A stretch of DNA of 63,798 nt, filler included, from Octopus bimaculoides (GCF_001194135.2; 5 parts of 4 records of this genome joined end to end with filler, not necessarily neighbours in it), one strand, 5' to 3'; shown: positions 1-13,059, counted from the first letter of the whole stretch. The notes: a model not told the origin generated them from the letters alone. Numbers and translations are program-made.

Positions 1-80
1 TATATATATATATATATCGATAGATAGACAGACAGACAGATAGATAGATAGATAGATAGATAGCTAGATAGATAGATAGA
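1..80. repeat. (TA)n/(TAGA)n/(CAGA)n compound microsatellite
   Basis: Directly visible tandem repeats. Confidence 0.95.
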
Positions 81-2782
81 TGTGTCTAATTATGTATGTG
101 TGTATGTATGCATATATGTGTGTGCGCGTGTGTTCATGAATGTATGCATGCATAGCTTAAAATGACTTATCTATATATACCTATGCTGTATTAAATAATG
201 ATCTATATTATTTACGTATACAGAATAACTAAATAGCTAATGAAATATTACAAACTGTTACTTAGAACCAGTTCAGTACGTCAAAAAAACATAAGATCAA
301 TGTTTTTTTAATAAAACGTATATCCCAGTGGATGATAAAATGAAATTATCAATTAATGAATATTCATAGAAATAAGATATATAAGTACCATCTTGTGAAA
401 ACCATATAAATATTAGTTATAAAGCATTTAAATATAGTAAAACCTTGCTAACTACCCAAACACTATAAATATCGTTTATTATATATAAAATCATTTGAAA
501 ATATCTTATATTTAGTTTGTAGCTAAGATCAAAGCGGATTATTCTATGTAGCGTGTTGTTAAATCTCTAAAGAGAAAATTAGAAAATTTATAAAATATTA
601 AATTGTATTAACTAGACCCAATCTAGTGATTATATGTTTAGGGAAGCATCTGTGTTCATCGTTTTTATAAATGTATTATGCTTATGACCAATTTGTAATA
701 GCCGTGATAATTCTAATTATTAATATACAGGAAAAATCTAAATATGTTTGCTTAATTTACGTCAGATATACGTTGATAATAGTGGTAAGTCTCATAGACC
801 ATATGGATGTGCACTGTAATCTTCGTGCTCTTATGAATCAGTGCGCCTGTTTCAAATAGAATTTCTTCTGTTTCTACCTTATGGAAATTACAGATTTCTA
901 TGTATAGAGATCTGGTTTACACGATATATAAATTTTCAAGTTATAATGTGCAATAATATCTATCAGGTGCCTTTAGTAACAGGATAAATTTGTTATATTT
1001 TGTTATATTTTGTAGTGGCATTCCTAAAGGATTGTGTGAGTTGCTGGTGTCGTACCTTGACACTTTTGGTAGTTGATTTATTGTATGCCTTGTGAGTTTT
1101 GTTAGTTTTAACTACAGATTGTTATGCAATATTTCCGGTTAACAAGTTGGAGCTACGAGGAAAGATATCAAAGTAAATATCATTGCAATTATTGCTGCTT
1201 CATTTATGATTAATTTAACAAACTTAGGAGAAGTTATATTCTGGTTTATATTAAACGTGCTAGAGTTGGAAACTCTTACAGTGTCTTTGTTGAATATTAT
1301 GTAGTGCCAACATTATGTAAGGACTAGCACACGAAAGAGACGTTTTCGCTAATTATTTTAGGTCTCTGTTTGATTGCCAGTAATTGTTGAATCTCTCTCG
1401 GTCCTCACATGATTTATATGAGAGCGAGAGCGAGAGAGAGCTGAACCAGCACATATTTTGAGCTTAGAATACTGGAGGAACGTAAGATCAAGCGCCTCCA
1501 ATATGGTTTCAGCACATCATCCGGTTCAGAAACAGGGATCCTAACCACCAAGCCACGTATCTTTATGCCTACTTGGTAGAAAAATACTTTCCTTATAAAT
1601 GTGACTATTTCAAAGTTGTAGAGGATTATCACATGAGACACAACGTATTTGAGGGTAGAATATATTAAATATTATATTTATACGTATCTCATTGTAATCC
1701 ATCTCTAGCATATGCAGTATAATTATTAAATATTTTTGTATAAGTTTGCTTGAAATTCTCAGTGAGAAAATTTATGCTAAATTCTTAGTTATAGAGCAAC
1801 ATTGAATGCATAATTTACTATATATAATCTAAAATTCCATTGCTATTTTTATGAATACTAATGCCCAAAACCTAAATGACAAAGCTTAAAATTTTAGCAG
1901 TGATGACGTCGACTTTGAAGCAATTAATATATTTTAGATTTCCAAAGAAACTGTGGAATTGTTTCTTAATTCTATTGGGAAAATTAGAGTTAGTTATAAT
2001 TATTCTGATGTATTCGGATCCTATAAAAAGGAATTAATATTCACGTTTATGCAGTATATAAGAACCGATCACTTCTTTTACCTCAGTAGTGTCATATTAT
2101 GATCATGTGCACGTCAAAAGGAGTAATAGATGATCTCTCTTAATACTTTTCAAAATTAACGGCTATTTTCCTGGGTTCATCAATTACTCTTAATGATAAT
2201 CTTCTTAATAACAACCTCAGCATACTTAATTACCTACACTAGTAGGGTTTGGATGATGGAAGTGTGATAATTATCAATATCAAATTGCGAAATTTTAGTT
2301 GTAATGTCAATACTACAGATATAGTCAATTACTCCTTTGTATCAAACTAATTTGAAGATGCCAAAATAGCAGTATCTATGTCTAAGCTATACTTATTTAT
2401 ACTAACTATATCAGATTTAATTGCATTAATTAACCTAACTCTTCGATTAATATCATAACTTGCCTATTTGGTATTTCGGAAAGTATGGGTTTTGAGGGTC
2501 CTATCTTGTGTACGTATACATATTTTGGTTGTATTTTACTGTAATCTCAAAGCATTCCAGTTAATTTTTCTATAAGTTAACAGTTTGTACCTTTTTCAAT
2601 GGGAGGTTATAAGCGTTTTTACCCACATGATACCGGTTCCTTCTTGCTTTATTAAATTTTCGTTTTTTATATACTTTGCTATATTTCTTTCTAAGATTAT
2701 AAAAGTAACCCGAAATGGAGTGTTCACAACTTTAGCCAACATTCATATATATGCATGTATATAATTGTCACTAATGCTGTAA

Positions 2783-2836
2783 TTAACGCACTGATGATGG
2801 CAACGGAAATTGCCGAAACTGAGGTCAGTCTTAAGA
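2783..2836 (+). ncRNA. Type I hammerhead ribozyme-like motif with degenerate stem I, probably Penelope-associated
   Basis: CUGAUGA (2791-2797), extra U, stem II GGCAA/UUGCC with loop CGGAAA, GAAA (2815-2818), stem III CUG/CAG with loop AGGU, then UC giving a GUC triplet (2828-2830). Stem I pairs poorly. Confidence 0.5.
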
Positions 2837-3097
2837 ATACTCGGTCTGCATTTTTCGGACAATTATGGTCCCTGTTAGTGTGTATGTTTTTATTCATGTG
2901 CGTTAACTACACCATTAGAGCATTTTAGATCTTATTTCTAGCAATGTTGGAATTTTTAACACATTAGTCACATTTAGTGACAATTAAAATTCTCCTTTTT
3001 GGTGAAACATTTCAGCCTGCTGTTTACAATAATTTTCTGCATACACATTAATGAATCACTAAATCATCCATTAATTTGGATGACGAAAGCATATATG

Positions 3098-3330
3098 CTA
3101 ATAGAGAAGCACGTCCGGAAATAGCTGAAAACCGAGCTGGCTTAACTCATGATAGGCAACAGAAATTGCTGAAACTGACGTCAGTGTTAAGATGCATGTG
3201 CTGGCTCGACCATTATATTTGCTGTTATTATCTATGATGCCCCATATTATCAGGTGGTTGTCCACACCTCTATTCTCAACTCTCCATACCAAGTTATACA
3301 AATATGTCGCGGGTTTTTTATTCTTATCTC
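3098..3330 (-). mobile_element. Penelope-like element remnant (C-terminal part of GIY-YIG endonuclease region)
   Basis: ORF 3098-3349(-) contains TYLYNLVWRVENRGVDNHLIIWGIIDNNSKYNGRASTCILTL. This resembles the PLE pattern T.LS..IW.LK.....I.W.I......Y.....C.LCL (recognised by eye). Confidence 0.5.
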
Positions 3331-3899
3331 TTTTCCCACTCCAACACACACTGAAACACGCCTATATATATGCGTGTGTGTATGTACATGCACACAAAGT
3401 TATATACGCATACAGCTATACATGTATGCCTATTTATATATATCTATATATTATTTGCTATGTTTCCGAGGATCAATGTCCATGTCTTTTCCAAGCCCTC
3501 CGGTACCGATTAGATTAATACCATTAATGCAGAACACGAACTATTTTATTTGGATTGCAATGAAACTTTCAGCCGGCCTATCTTCAAGGAGCGAAGTATT
3601 TAACATAGTGGATAGGCAGATAAGCAGAAAAACGTATAGATGAGAAGATGCGTGACAAGTGAGTTATAATTTCCTTTCAGAAAGTGACAATAGACAAGTG
3701 GTTTTCATGTGCAGATGTAGCTATAGTATCTTTAGAAAAGCAAGGAAGATCCTTTACGTTCGTGGAGTGTGTTGACAAGGGGCTTTACGGTACACAGTTG
3801 GGTAATGAGAGTTGCATATGTCTCCGTAATGCAGTGGATGTTACTAAAGGTTTGCTTTCGCTATGTGAGTTTGTGAGTATTTATGAGGCCTAACTTTTC

Positions 3900-5260
3900 G
3901 AAAAACCGTATGATTCCTGTGCGCATACAGTTAATGTTTAAGCTATTTTGCTACGTTTTGTCCATCCCAGTAATACTTTCATATGTTGCTGTTAAATGAA
4001 ACTATATTGATATCACTCCACAAGGAGATGATTTTGTGATGTCCATTCAAAGAATTCGTGCGCATATGACATGTAGTGTGGTGTTTGCGTGACGATGATG
4101 CATGTTTTGGGAAGGTTAGCATAGCATGAAAGTTAGTATCGTCTATGTTACAGTAAGCGTCTTGGAATATAGGGGGCCAATAGATCACTGCGAGAGAGTG
4201 AAGTACAAAATTTGAGAGGTGCCAAATTTCACAGAAGCGGGATAAAAAGTATTCCGTTAGCATATCTCCTTAGTTCAATCTGATAGTAAGCTACTGAAGA
4301 GATGGAAGACAGATGAAGCCATAGGTGACAAGTTTACATGACAGAATTGATAACAAACACGGTTAGGATGCTAGCATTACTTTCAACGAACTTTCCAATG
4401 TGAGAACCCACTGGTGGCTAAAATCGGAATGTAGCTTTTATGGAAGGTGTAATGGTATTAATTGAGGAGAGACACGTAGTCAGTCCGACAGATTCAATAT
4501 GCGAATTTTGTTGTTCATATTTGAGAGCAACAGGATGATAGTTGGCAATTTTAGAGTGTTAACTATTTCTTAGGAGGAAGTATATCCCTGTAGAGAGTGA
4601 AATATTGAAGGGTTCAGTGAATGTAATGATACCCTCTGCAAGATAGAGCTTTTGGATTGTAACAGTGACGTGTTGCGTGTTTCGTTTAAAGGTATCGGCA
4701 GTAATTTCTCATTTGACGTGTTTGTATGCATGGTGTGGAACTTAATAAGGCAGACAGGGATAAATTTACAAGATATTTGTTAACTTAATATAGCTCTCAA
4801 GCTCTCGAACTATCCTTTTTTGAGAATGAGCATAGTTTGAATCCTATGTTATGAAAGAAATCTTTGTCATGTAGGATAGAGGTCTTAAGAAAGATTTTAC
4901 ACTGAGTTACTGTCACACATTCATGAACTAATTTTCTCTAGCCTTGCCTGAACAGCTGCTATGGACGATAAGTAAGTCACTTCCAAAAAGAACGACGTCG
5001 AGGTTTTGCTGAAGGATATAGGAAGACATAGCTAAAAAGAGTTTTTCTCGTACTCCTGGGTGTTTCTGATAGAACACATAACTGATGTTCCGAAAAATGC
5101 TGCCAGAGATAATTTTCGATATGTGTTGGGTGGTTGCAATGAATCAGGGATATGTGACCCAAAAGGGGCTGAGACTATTACAGGCTCGTAGATATTGTTT
5201 CGACGTGAGAAATAGGCAAGTCTAGGAGCAGTGTTTTGAGTACTCATTCTCTGGATAGTT
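3900..5260 (-). mobile_element. Decayed non-LTR retrotransposon (APE endonuclease end plus RT)
   Basis: Frameshifted motifs in the expected order on the minus strand: VIVSAPFGS (~5170, like SSPLG.SDH), SKIANYHPVAL (~4530, like NYRPI.L), GTSQ..VL (~4215, like GVPQGSVL), NIDDT (~4140, like YADDT). Confidence 0.4.
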
Positions 5261-5331
5261 ACCCAACAACGGACACACTCACAAACATGCACACACTTAT
5301 ACTTTCGTTTGCTACTTATGGTTACATATAC

Positions 5332-5370
<39 letters not shown>

Positions 5371-5668
5371 NNNNNNNNNNNNNNNNNNNNNNNNNNNNNN
5401 NNNNNNNNNNNNNNNNNNNNNNNNNNNNNNNNNNNNNNNNNNNNNNNNNNNNNNNNNNNNNNNNNNNNNNNNNNNNNNNNNNNNNNNNNNNNNNNNNNNN
5501 NNNNNNNNNNNNNNNNNNNNNNNNNNNNNNNNNNNNNNNNNNNNNNNNNNNNNNNNNNNNNNNNNNNNNNNNNNNNNNNNNNNNNNNNNNNNNNNNNNNN
5601 NNNNNNNNNNNNNNNNNNNNNNNNNNNNNNNNNNNNNNNNNNNNNNNNNNNNNNNNNNNNNNNNNNNN

Positions 5669-5893
5669 TGTATGTGTTTGTGTGTCTGTGTTTGTCCCCC
5701 CAACATCGCTTGACAAGCGATGCTGGTGTGTTTGCGTCCCCGTAACTTAGCGGTTCGGCAAAAGAGACCGATAGAATAAGTACTAGGCTTCCAAAGAATA
5801 AGTCCTGGGGTCGATTTGCTCGACTAAATGCGGTGCTCCAGCATGTCCGCAGTCAAATGATTGAAACAAGTAAAAGAGTAAAAGAGAGTAAAG
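5669..5893 (+). mobile_element. SINE family A, 3' half (5' half presumably in the gap)
   Basis: Close match to the reverse complement of the full copy at 25396-25814; ends in (GTAAAAGA)n. Confidence 0.85.
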
Positions 5894-7258
5894 AGTATAT
5901 ATAAATATATAGGAGAAAGAGAGGTAGAAAATGGGAAGGTATATATACATTTGAGTACTTGAATATTTCCCACAATAACTCCACCATTTCTTCGTTATAT
6001 CTTCTCTTGCGTACTCTATCCATTTCCCCACAAATATTTCATCTCCCCTCCACTCAATATTCTTTAATTTCTTCTTTCGTTTCTTTGTTTTACTCCTGGT
6101 TAAAACTATGTTTTCTTTCTTCTTTTTCTTCCATTCTTCGTTCATGTTTTCTGTTTTAATCTTGATACGCTAGTTCTTTACTTGTTTCATACGCTATTGT
6201 TCTTTACTTTACTTATTTCATAACCTTCTTTTTCGATTTTTTTTTTCAAGATATATTCTCCTTCTTATGAGTTGTTCTCTCTTCATTCATTACATTCTCG
6301 TTTCTTTATTTCATTTCACGTTTTATGAAGAAAAATTTTAAGTGAATTTTTTTCACATATATCTTTGTTCCCATCCAATCAACCTTTCCGTCGCCGATGG
6401 TTTTATTACCTCCATCATATTTTTCGTTTCATTTCTTTTTTGTATTCTTTGCTCTTTTATTATTTATTACTAACATTTCTTCTTAAATTGTTAATTTTAT
6501 TTAATTTTTTTTCTTGGCGCGCGTTCGATCAGTCTTTATTTATTTTTCATTTTGTCTGGGGTTTTTTTTCTCTACTTCACATCTTAATTTGTTTCTCAAT
6601 ATCTTAACTCATTTCTTTTATTCTCTCTCCCTCTTTCTCTTTCTCTCTCTCATTCGGATTTACTTTTTCTTAATTTACTCTCTGCCCTTTTCTATTTATT
6701 CATTTACATAAGTACGGCACGTGTTGGCGGATGTCACCACACGCGAAGAACGTATTCCCCTCCATCGACAAACCCACCTTCATTCGTCCTGCAAGTGACT
6801 CGGACAATTTGCTAACATTGAATCCCGATAAAACAGTCTTCAATGTCAAGAGAATACACAAGAGTAATTATTTTCTACTCTGTCTATTTTGTTGACATAT
6901 TCTTCCAATATTATTATTATTGTTGTTATTAATGTTGTCCTATTTCTCTTCATTTTATTTTTCGGTCGCAATGTATACGTGGGAGAATTTTTCTGTGTGA
7001 ATGTGCTCGTTTGAACGTATGTATGAATATATTGAATATATACATGCGTTTATATGTATGTACATACGTGCGTGTGAGTGTGTGTGCATATNNNNNNNNN
7101 NNNNNNNNNNNNNNNNNNNNNNNNNNNNNNNNNNNNNNNNNNNNNNNNNNNNNNNNNNNNNNNNNNNNNNNNNNNNNNNNNNNNNNNNNNNNNNNNNNNN
7201 NNNNNNNNNNNNNNNNNNNNNNNNNNNNNNNNNNNNNNNNNNNNNNNNNNNNNNNNNN

Positions 7259-7308
<50 letters not shown>

Positions 7309-9184
7309 GTTTGTATTTGTATTTACATTTATTTCTATGTTTTTCTATTTTTTTTTATTTCTGTGTTCTTAAAACTTTAGTTATTCATTTTCATGCTGAA
7401 ATAAAAGATCGCCCGAGTGAGAGAGAATGTGGCCGTATACAGTAAGTTTTCCTCCAGTATTTCTTTCTGTTCTGTTTCGAGTTCAAATTCATCCCTGATT
7501 TACTTGAAGTTTTCTTCCCTATATGGTTAATAAAATAAGAACAAGTTATATACAGTGGTTCAATAAATTAAATGTAATAATGTGTAAGATTAAATCGCAT
7601 TATGACAATGTCAAAAAATCTACCAATCCTACTCAATACTTTTAAAAAATTCAATACAATCCTGCTTTCAATTAAGTATCACACCACCACTGAATATCAC
7701 ATCACGAAAATAAAATATCTAATCTTCGCAAAATGTTTATTTGGCCAATGTATACATGTAAACCACATTCGCCGAGACTATTTGCGCATTATCAAATGTT
7801 GTACGTATCTATATATCTATTTAAAGACCGGGTGTTTGGGCTACATTTGAGCATTTTATATGTCTCCTTTGTTCGGGAACAGCTTGATATATTGTAGGAA
7901 ATGTCAACGACGTCGCAGTGTTTAAAAACTAAAATTGTAATTGAAAAAATTTAGTTAGCGTGAGAACTGTCAGGCATTTAAAGATTAGAAATAGTTACCT
8001 GTTTCATAATGATCTAAGCCACGTATCAAAATGCCGACCTCATGGCTACACGCTCAGTGCAGTATAAATTTTGTTAGATGTGACCAGAAAAATTACAACG
8101 GAGACTACGAAACCGGGTCCAGCAGGAAGTAACACAATAGGCGTTCTCGATATGTCCGCACGCCGGAATTCTTTCAAGTAACAATGCCTTCTAGAGACGG
8201 TCGTCAGCAATTCGACGTATTTCAGATACATGCGCAGATGCAATGACATAATGCATGCATACACACACACATATTTGTATAGATATGTGAATATACATGT
8301 GTACATATATCTATAAATCAAACGTGCAAGCATGTCCAATATATATGATGGTGATGGTAGTGTATATATATATATTTCGTTTATGGATTGGTTTGCAAGA
8401 TTCTTTATGTGAATTCGTGTGTTGAGGCATATTCTGTTGAGTCTGGGGAGAGTCTTTTTCTTTCAGTGCTCCTCTAAAACATTCGTTGCGTCTTACCTTT
8501 TCAATAATTGTTGACTCTGTCCGTTATCCAAGCTGAGTTCTTTTTGTTTGTTTATACGCATGTGTGTTGGTCAGTGTGTGTGCGCATACGGATGTATGTA
8601 TGTATGTATGTATGTATGTGTGTATGCATGTAAGTGTGTGTATGCATGTATGCATGTGTTTGCCTATGTATATATGTGTGTACGTTTGTATGTATGTATG
8701 TATGTATGTATGTATGTATGTATTCTGCATATTGATGTGTTTGTGTTCGTGTATTCATGTTTGCACGTTTTTATGTGTGTGTGTGTGTGTGTTTGCATGT
8801 GTGTGTGTGTGTACGCCTTTCTCCTTGTGTGTGAATTTCTGAGTGTGTATGTGTGTGTATGGTTTTTTGTGACCATGTACTGTCTCTGTATGTATGGATG
8901 TGTATCTCTATACGTTGTGTTGTAAACAATCGCCATATCACAATTTACCATGGGTCGATTCCTGTGAGTTCTCTGATGCTGACCCAGCTCGTACGGCTCA
9001 AGCACTTCATCTCACAGGCCACACACACAAAAAGCAACTCTCCCTCATATACATACATACACACACACATACATACATAATACATACATACATACATACA
9101 TACAAACACACACATATATATATATAGGCTGCGACAGGTGTATCTAATTACGGTAATTAAACTAACATTTGTGGACATGGTTTC

Positions 9185-10000
9185 GATAAGCTTTCTTGTA
9201 AGTTTGTTCTATAAACTTCCACGACTGCTGTAATGCAGAACAGGAATTGTTGACATGCTTGGACTAAATGGTCCTCATTCATTTCGAGCATCATGTGGAC
9301 AATGACAGGCTTCAGTGGAGCTGTGGTATAGGGAGGATGTCAAATTGTGTTCCTTTCAGTAAGTCTCCAAACGTATTTATCTATGGCGTTAAAATCAGAC
9401 GAGTTTGGATGTACAACTCCAGTTTTAAGCGATCTTAGAGATTGTCTGACGTTCGTTTTGGGATTACTTGAGCTTAGTGATGCGATGAGTCTTTTAGAAA
9501 CAAATACGATTTTCGACTGCGTACCCTACGATGGGTTAACAACTGTCTCCAGCACCTCAGCGTATCATTAATACTAGGACTTTACGAAAAGATGTTAGAT
9601 GACATAGCATGACCTTTGTTATATAACAATTATAAAACCATCACGGTTGCAAGAATCTTAGTATGTATCATTCTGGGGTCATCAAATGGATTTACTCAAA
9701 AAAATGTGTTGTTTCTCCTGCTAAACTTTTAGTCTTGATGGAATTATTTTCTCATCAGAACAAAACCAAAACATGCGATGTTCATATTCAGTAACAACTT
9801 GCCTCAGATAAAACAAGACTTCCTGTGTTTTTACAAACATGTTTGTTCTGTCCTCAGTTTTTAAGACATGTATCGAATGCTCTCAAGCATTCAGTTCTGA
9901 TAGTCGAATACGATACATTAAGGTTTTCAGCGATAGCCCTCATTTAACTTCTGCATTTCAATGATGTTTTGAACTTGTTCGATGCATTGCAGTGACCACT
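9185..10000 (-). mobile_element. Decayed DD37D (maT/Bmmar1-like) Tc1/mariner transposase
   Basis: Minus-strand translation with stops and frameshifts: MRAIAENLNVSYSTIR (HTH, ~9896-9943), FCSDEK (9748-9765), HTKILATVMVL, YAEVLETVV, KDSSHH, PNSSDFNAIDKYVW (~9367-9410), DHLVQACQQF. Confidence 0.75.
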
Positions 10001-11029
10001 TAGTGACCGAATGTTACGAATATATTTTTCACTTCGATACAGCAGAGATATTCTACCGAATGCTCCCAGTTCCGTCCGCACTGTGTTATAAAATATCTTG
10101 CAAACTTTAGAATGTTAGTAATTCCTAAATTAACTCTTTACGTACATTTGGCATTAATCACAGCGTGTCCTGTTTTATCCCTTTATTTTCTTGCAAAGAA
10201 AACAGATCTGCCAAAACGGATCGGAACGAAATAATAGTCTTGTAATTGGTTTGAAGAGAGTAATATACTGAAATACCCCTCTCACTCTGCATGAATAAAT
10301 ATATCGTATTATAACTTATGTCACAATGATGTTTTCTAATAAAACAAATATAGCAATACCAGATATTCATTCGTCTGTTTATATCATATATACACACAAA
10401 CAGCGTGTGTGCATGTGTGTGTGGGGGTGGGGTGGGGTGATATCATGAATATACACATATATATGCATGTATGTTCAGAGATGAAGAGAAAGAAAGATTT
10501 GTGAGAGAAAGAAAGAGAGAAAAGCATACAAGAATATGAAATTATTTTCTTTACTCTTCTAACACCACATACGTGTGTATGAAAAGTCTAGCAATTCCAC
10601 AGATGCAATCAAAGAGCTGGTCAAACGGTCATTCACTTTATCGAAGAACTAAATAATCATAGGCAAAATTAGTAGAAGATCCGTTAAATACACGCGCACA
10701 CACACACGCACACACATGTATATATATACTATATATGTATATATATATTATATATGTACATATATGTGTATGTATGTGTATATAATCTATATATAGAATA
10801 CCTATGACTATGTAAGTATATGCGTAGACAATTGTATGTATGTATGTATGTATGTATGTATGTATGTATGTATGTGTGTATGTAAGCATGTATGTATGTA
10901 TGTATGTATGTATGTATGTATGCACACGTAGTTTTATAGAACTTCATGCAATGCTTTTGCGTCGTTTTCATTTTGCTCCTGTTTGATTTTTCATTTCGCC
11001 GCTGGAAAATGTGTGCACATGATTGGTTG

Positions 11030-11217
11030 AATGTTCATGATTATTATCGTGATGATGACAATGATGACAAAGAGAAGGTGAGTAGAAGTGATGATGATGA
11101 GCAGGAGGAGGGGTGGAGAAATAGGAAGGATAAGAGGAGTAGGATGGTGATGTAAATGATACTGATGATGATGATGATGACGACCATGACGAATATGATG
11201 ATGACGATGACTATACC

Positions 11218-11253
<36 letters not shown>

Positions 11254-11300
11254 GGCGACACCGACAACGGTACGGTGATGATAATGATGATTATGTTGAT
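11030..11300. repeat. (GAT)n/(GAC)n low-complexity tract
   Basis: Directly visible. Confidence 0.9.
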
Positions 11301-12002
11301 GATTGTTTTCTTATTATATCCGTTTCATTGTCACCATATTCAATGTAATACTACCTCTTTTGTTGTGGAACATTTCAATAGTAGAAGAAAAAAATATTAG
11401 GTGGCAGAATTATTCATCTGCATTCCATTGTATTCGGCAAGAAATCTTCTTAACGCCTTCCTATACTTATTTGCTACAGCACACGGTGTGATGAAATGCA
11501 AGGTTTCTTCTGTCTAGTCTGTTATTTCAGGTTTCATAGATCAAATTGCAGCACAATAACCTCCATTCATCTCCACAAATCTAACAACAAATACAGAAAT
11601 GAACAACACAAGAATTTTCTTAAAAACAGAAGGAATGCAAAATAAGTCAGTATCATTGTCTTAACATTGCGTTGTTGTCTTAACATACACAACGTAGTTA
11701 AAAATTCGTATTCATTGTGCTGTGCTTAATATGTTATTAATACGTGCTTAATATGTGTTTAATATGCGTATTTCATATTACTTCCTTGTTATTGGGGTTC
11801 TTATATATGCCTAGTTCAGCCCTTTTGCGGGAGATATAGATTGGAAATGTTCCTTTTTAACCTGGGGCTTCATTACTGACAGTTTCCCTTTAAATTTAAA
11901 GAGAACACAGTGTAGTTTCTCGAGTATTTTGCTGACTTTCTGTAGGAGCTCATTCTACCTTTTGGTGACTAATACTATATTGATGTTGATCCTCATCATC
12001 AT

Positions 12003-12185
12003 GATGGTGGTGGTGGTGGTGGTGGTGGTGGTGGTGGTGNNNNNNNNNNNNNNNNNNNNNNNNNNNNNNNNNNNNNNNNNNNNNNNNNNNNNNNNNNNNN
12101 NNNNNNNNNNNNNNNNNNNNNNNNNNNNNNNNNNNNNNNNNNNNNNNNNNNNNNNNNNNNNNNNNNNNNNNNNNNNNNNNNNNGG

Positions 12186-12216
<31 letters not shown>

Positions 12217-12225
12217 GGTGGTGGT
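12003..12225. repeat. (GGT)n microsatellite spanning a gap
   Basis: Directly visible on both sides of the N run. Confidence 0.9.
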
Positions 12226-12472
12226 AGTGATGCGGTGATATTTGAACATAGCTTTGATGTGTAGTAAGAAATGCTTCAAAGATAATCACCCTAAAAAACA
12301 AATGCGTGTCACCCGCACAGGTGCATGCGATAAAGACAACGAGCTCTCAATTTAGGCTACTGATCAATGTTTAATAGAGATAACTTAAGTTGCCACCTTA
12401 TTAAGTATATATTGACCATTGCCTATCATACTATATGTTTAAGTACTTATGCTCAGAATTGGAGTACTTTAA

Positions 12473-12692
12473 CCCATTAATGCATAGCGTCCAGAAAATG
12501 GACGCAGGAAAAATTACTATTACTTGTTTCGTACGTGTGTATAGATTGTTTGCTTGTACGCAGCGCCTGCTCACTCATAGAGCACTAGATTAGAGACAGA
12601 TTATACGAAAAATAAGCTTAATAAGTAATTTACTTAACAAGCAATAGTAATTTTTTATGCGTCCATTTTTCTAGACGCTGTGCATTAATGGG
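12473..12692. mobile_element. piggyBac-type MITE (220 bp)
   Basis: TTAA at 12469-12472 and 12693-12696; ends CCC...GGG; ~55-60 bp imperfect TIRs (cccattaatgcatagcgtccagaaaatggacgcaggaaaaattactatt versus the reverse complement of the right end). Confidence 0.85.
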
Positions 12693-12925
12693 TTAACATG
12701 AATTTTCAGATGAAGATGGTTAGTGGAAAATGGTATGTACTAATGATAATAGACTATTTCACCATCTCTGTATAATTAACGTATAAGTACAGAAGCTTCC
12801 ATCTGCCTTCCTTAGTGCCTTGGTGCCCAACAATGAAATAAATTATCTTTTCATTTTGCTTGCATTCTGATGATCTGGCCTTATAATGTGATTAAGGAAC
12901 CATCTTTGTAGCAATTACTGTATAG

Positions 12926-13059
12926 CAGTGGTTTCCAACTTCGAGTTCGCAAAGGTAGCACTGGGGGTCCGTGAACTAGATTCAAAATTATNNNNNNNNN
13001 NGGACAACTCATTTAAATAAAAGGGTTGGGAACCACTGTGAAAAGGTTGGGTACCACTG
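12926..13059. mobile_element. hAT-type MITE with doubled right terminus
   Basis: Left TIR CAGTGGTTTCCAAC; right TIRs GTTGGGAACCACTG (13025-13038) and GTTGGGTACCACTG (13046-13059); 8-bp TSD ctgtatag/ctgtatat. Confidence 0.75.

Noticed and set aside
10946-11083. MQCFCVVFILLLF... with a GTGAGT donor at 11078 as the robo signal-peptide exon
   Set aside because: The donor is phase 0 while the Ig1 exon needs phase 1, and the ORF runs into (GAT)n low complexity.
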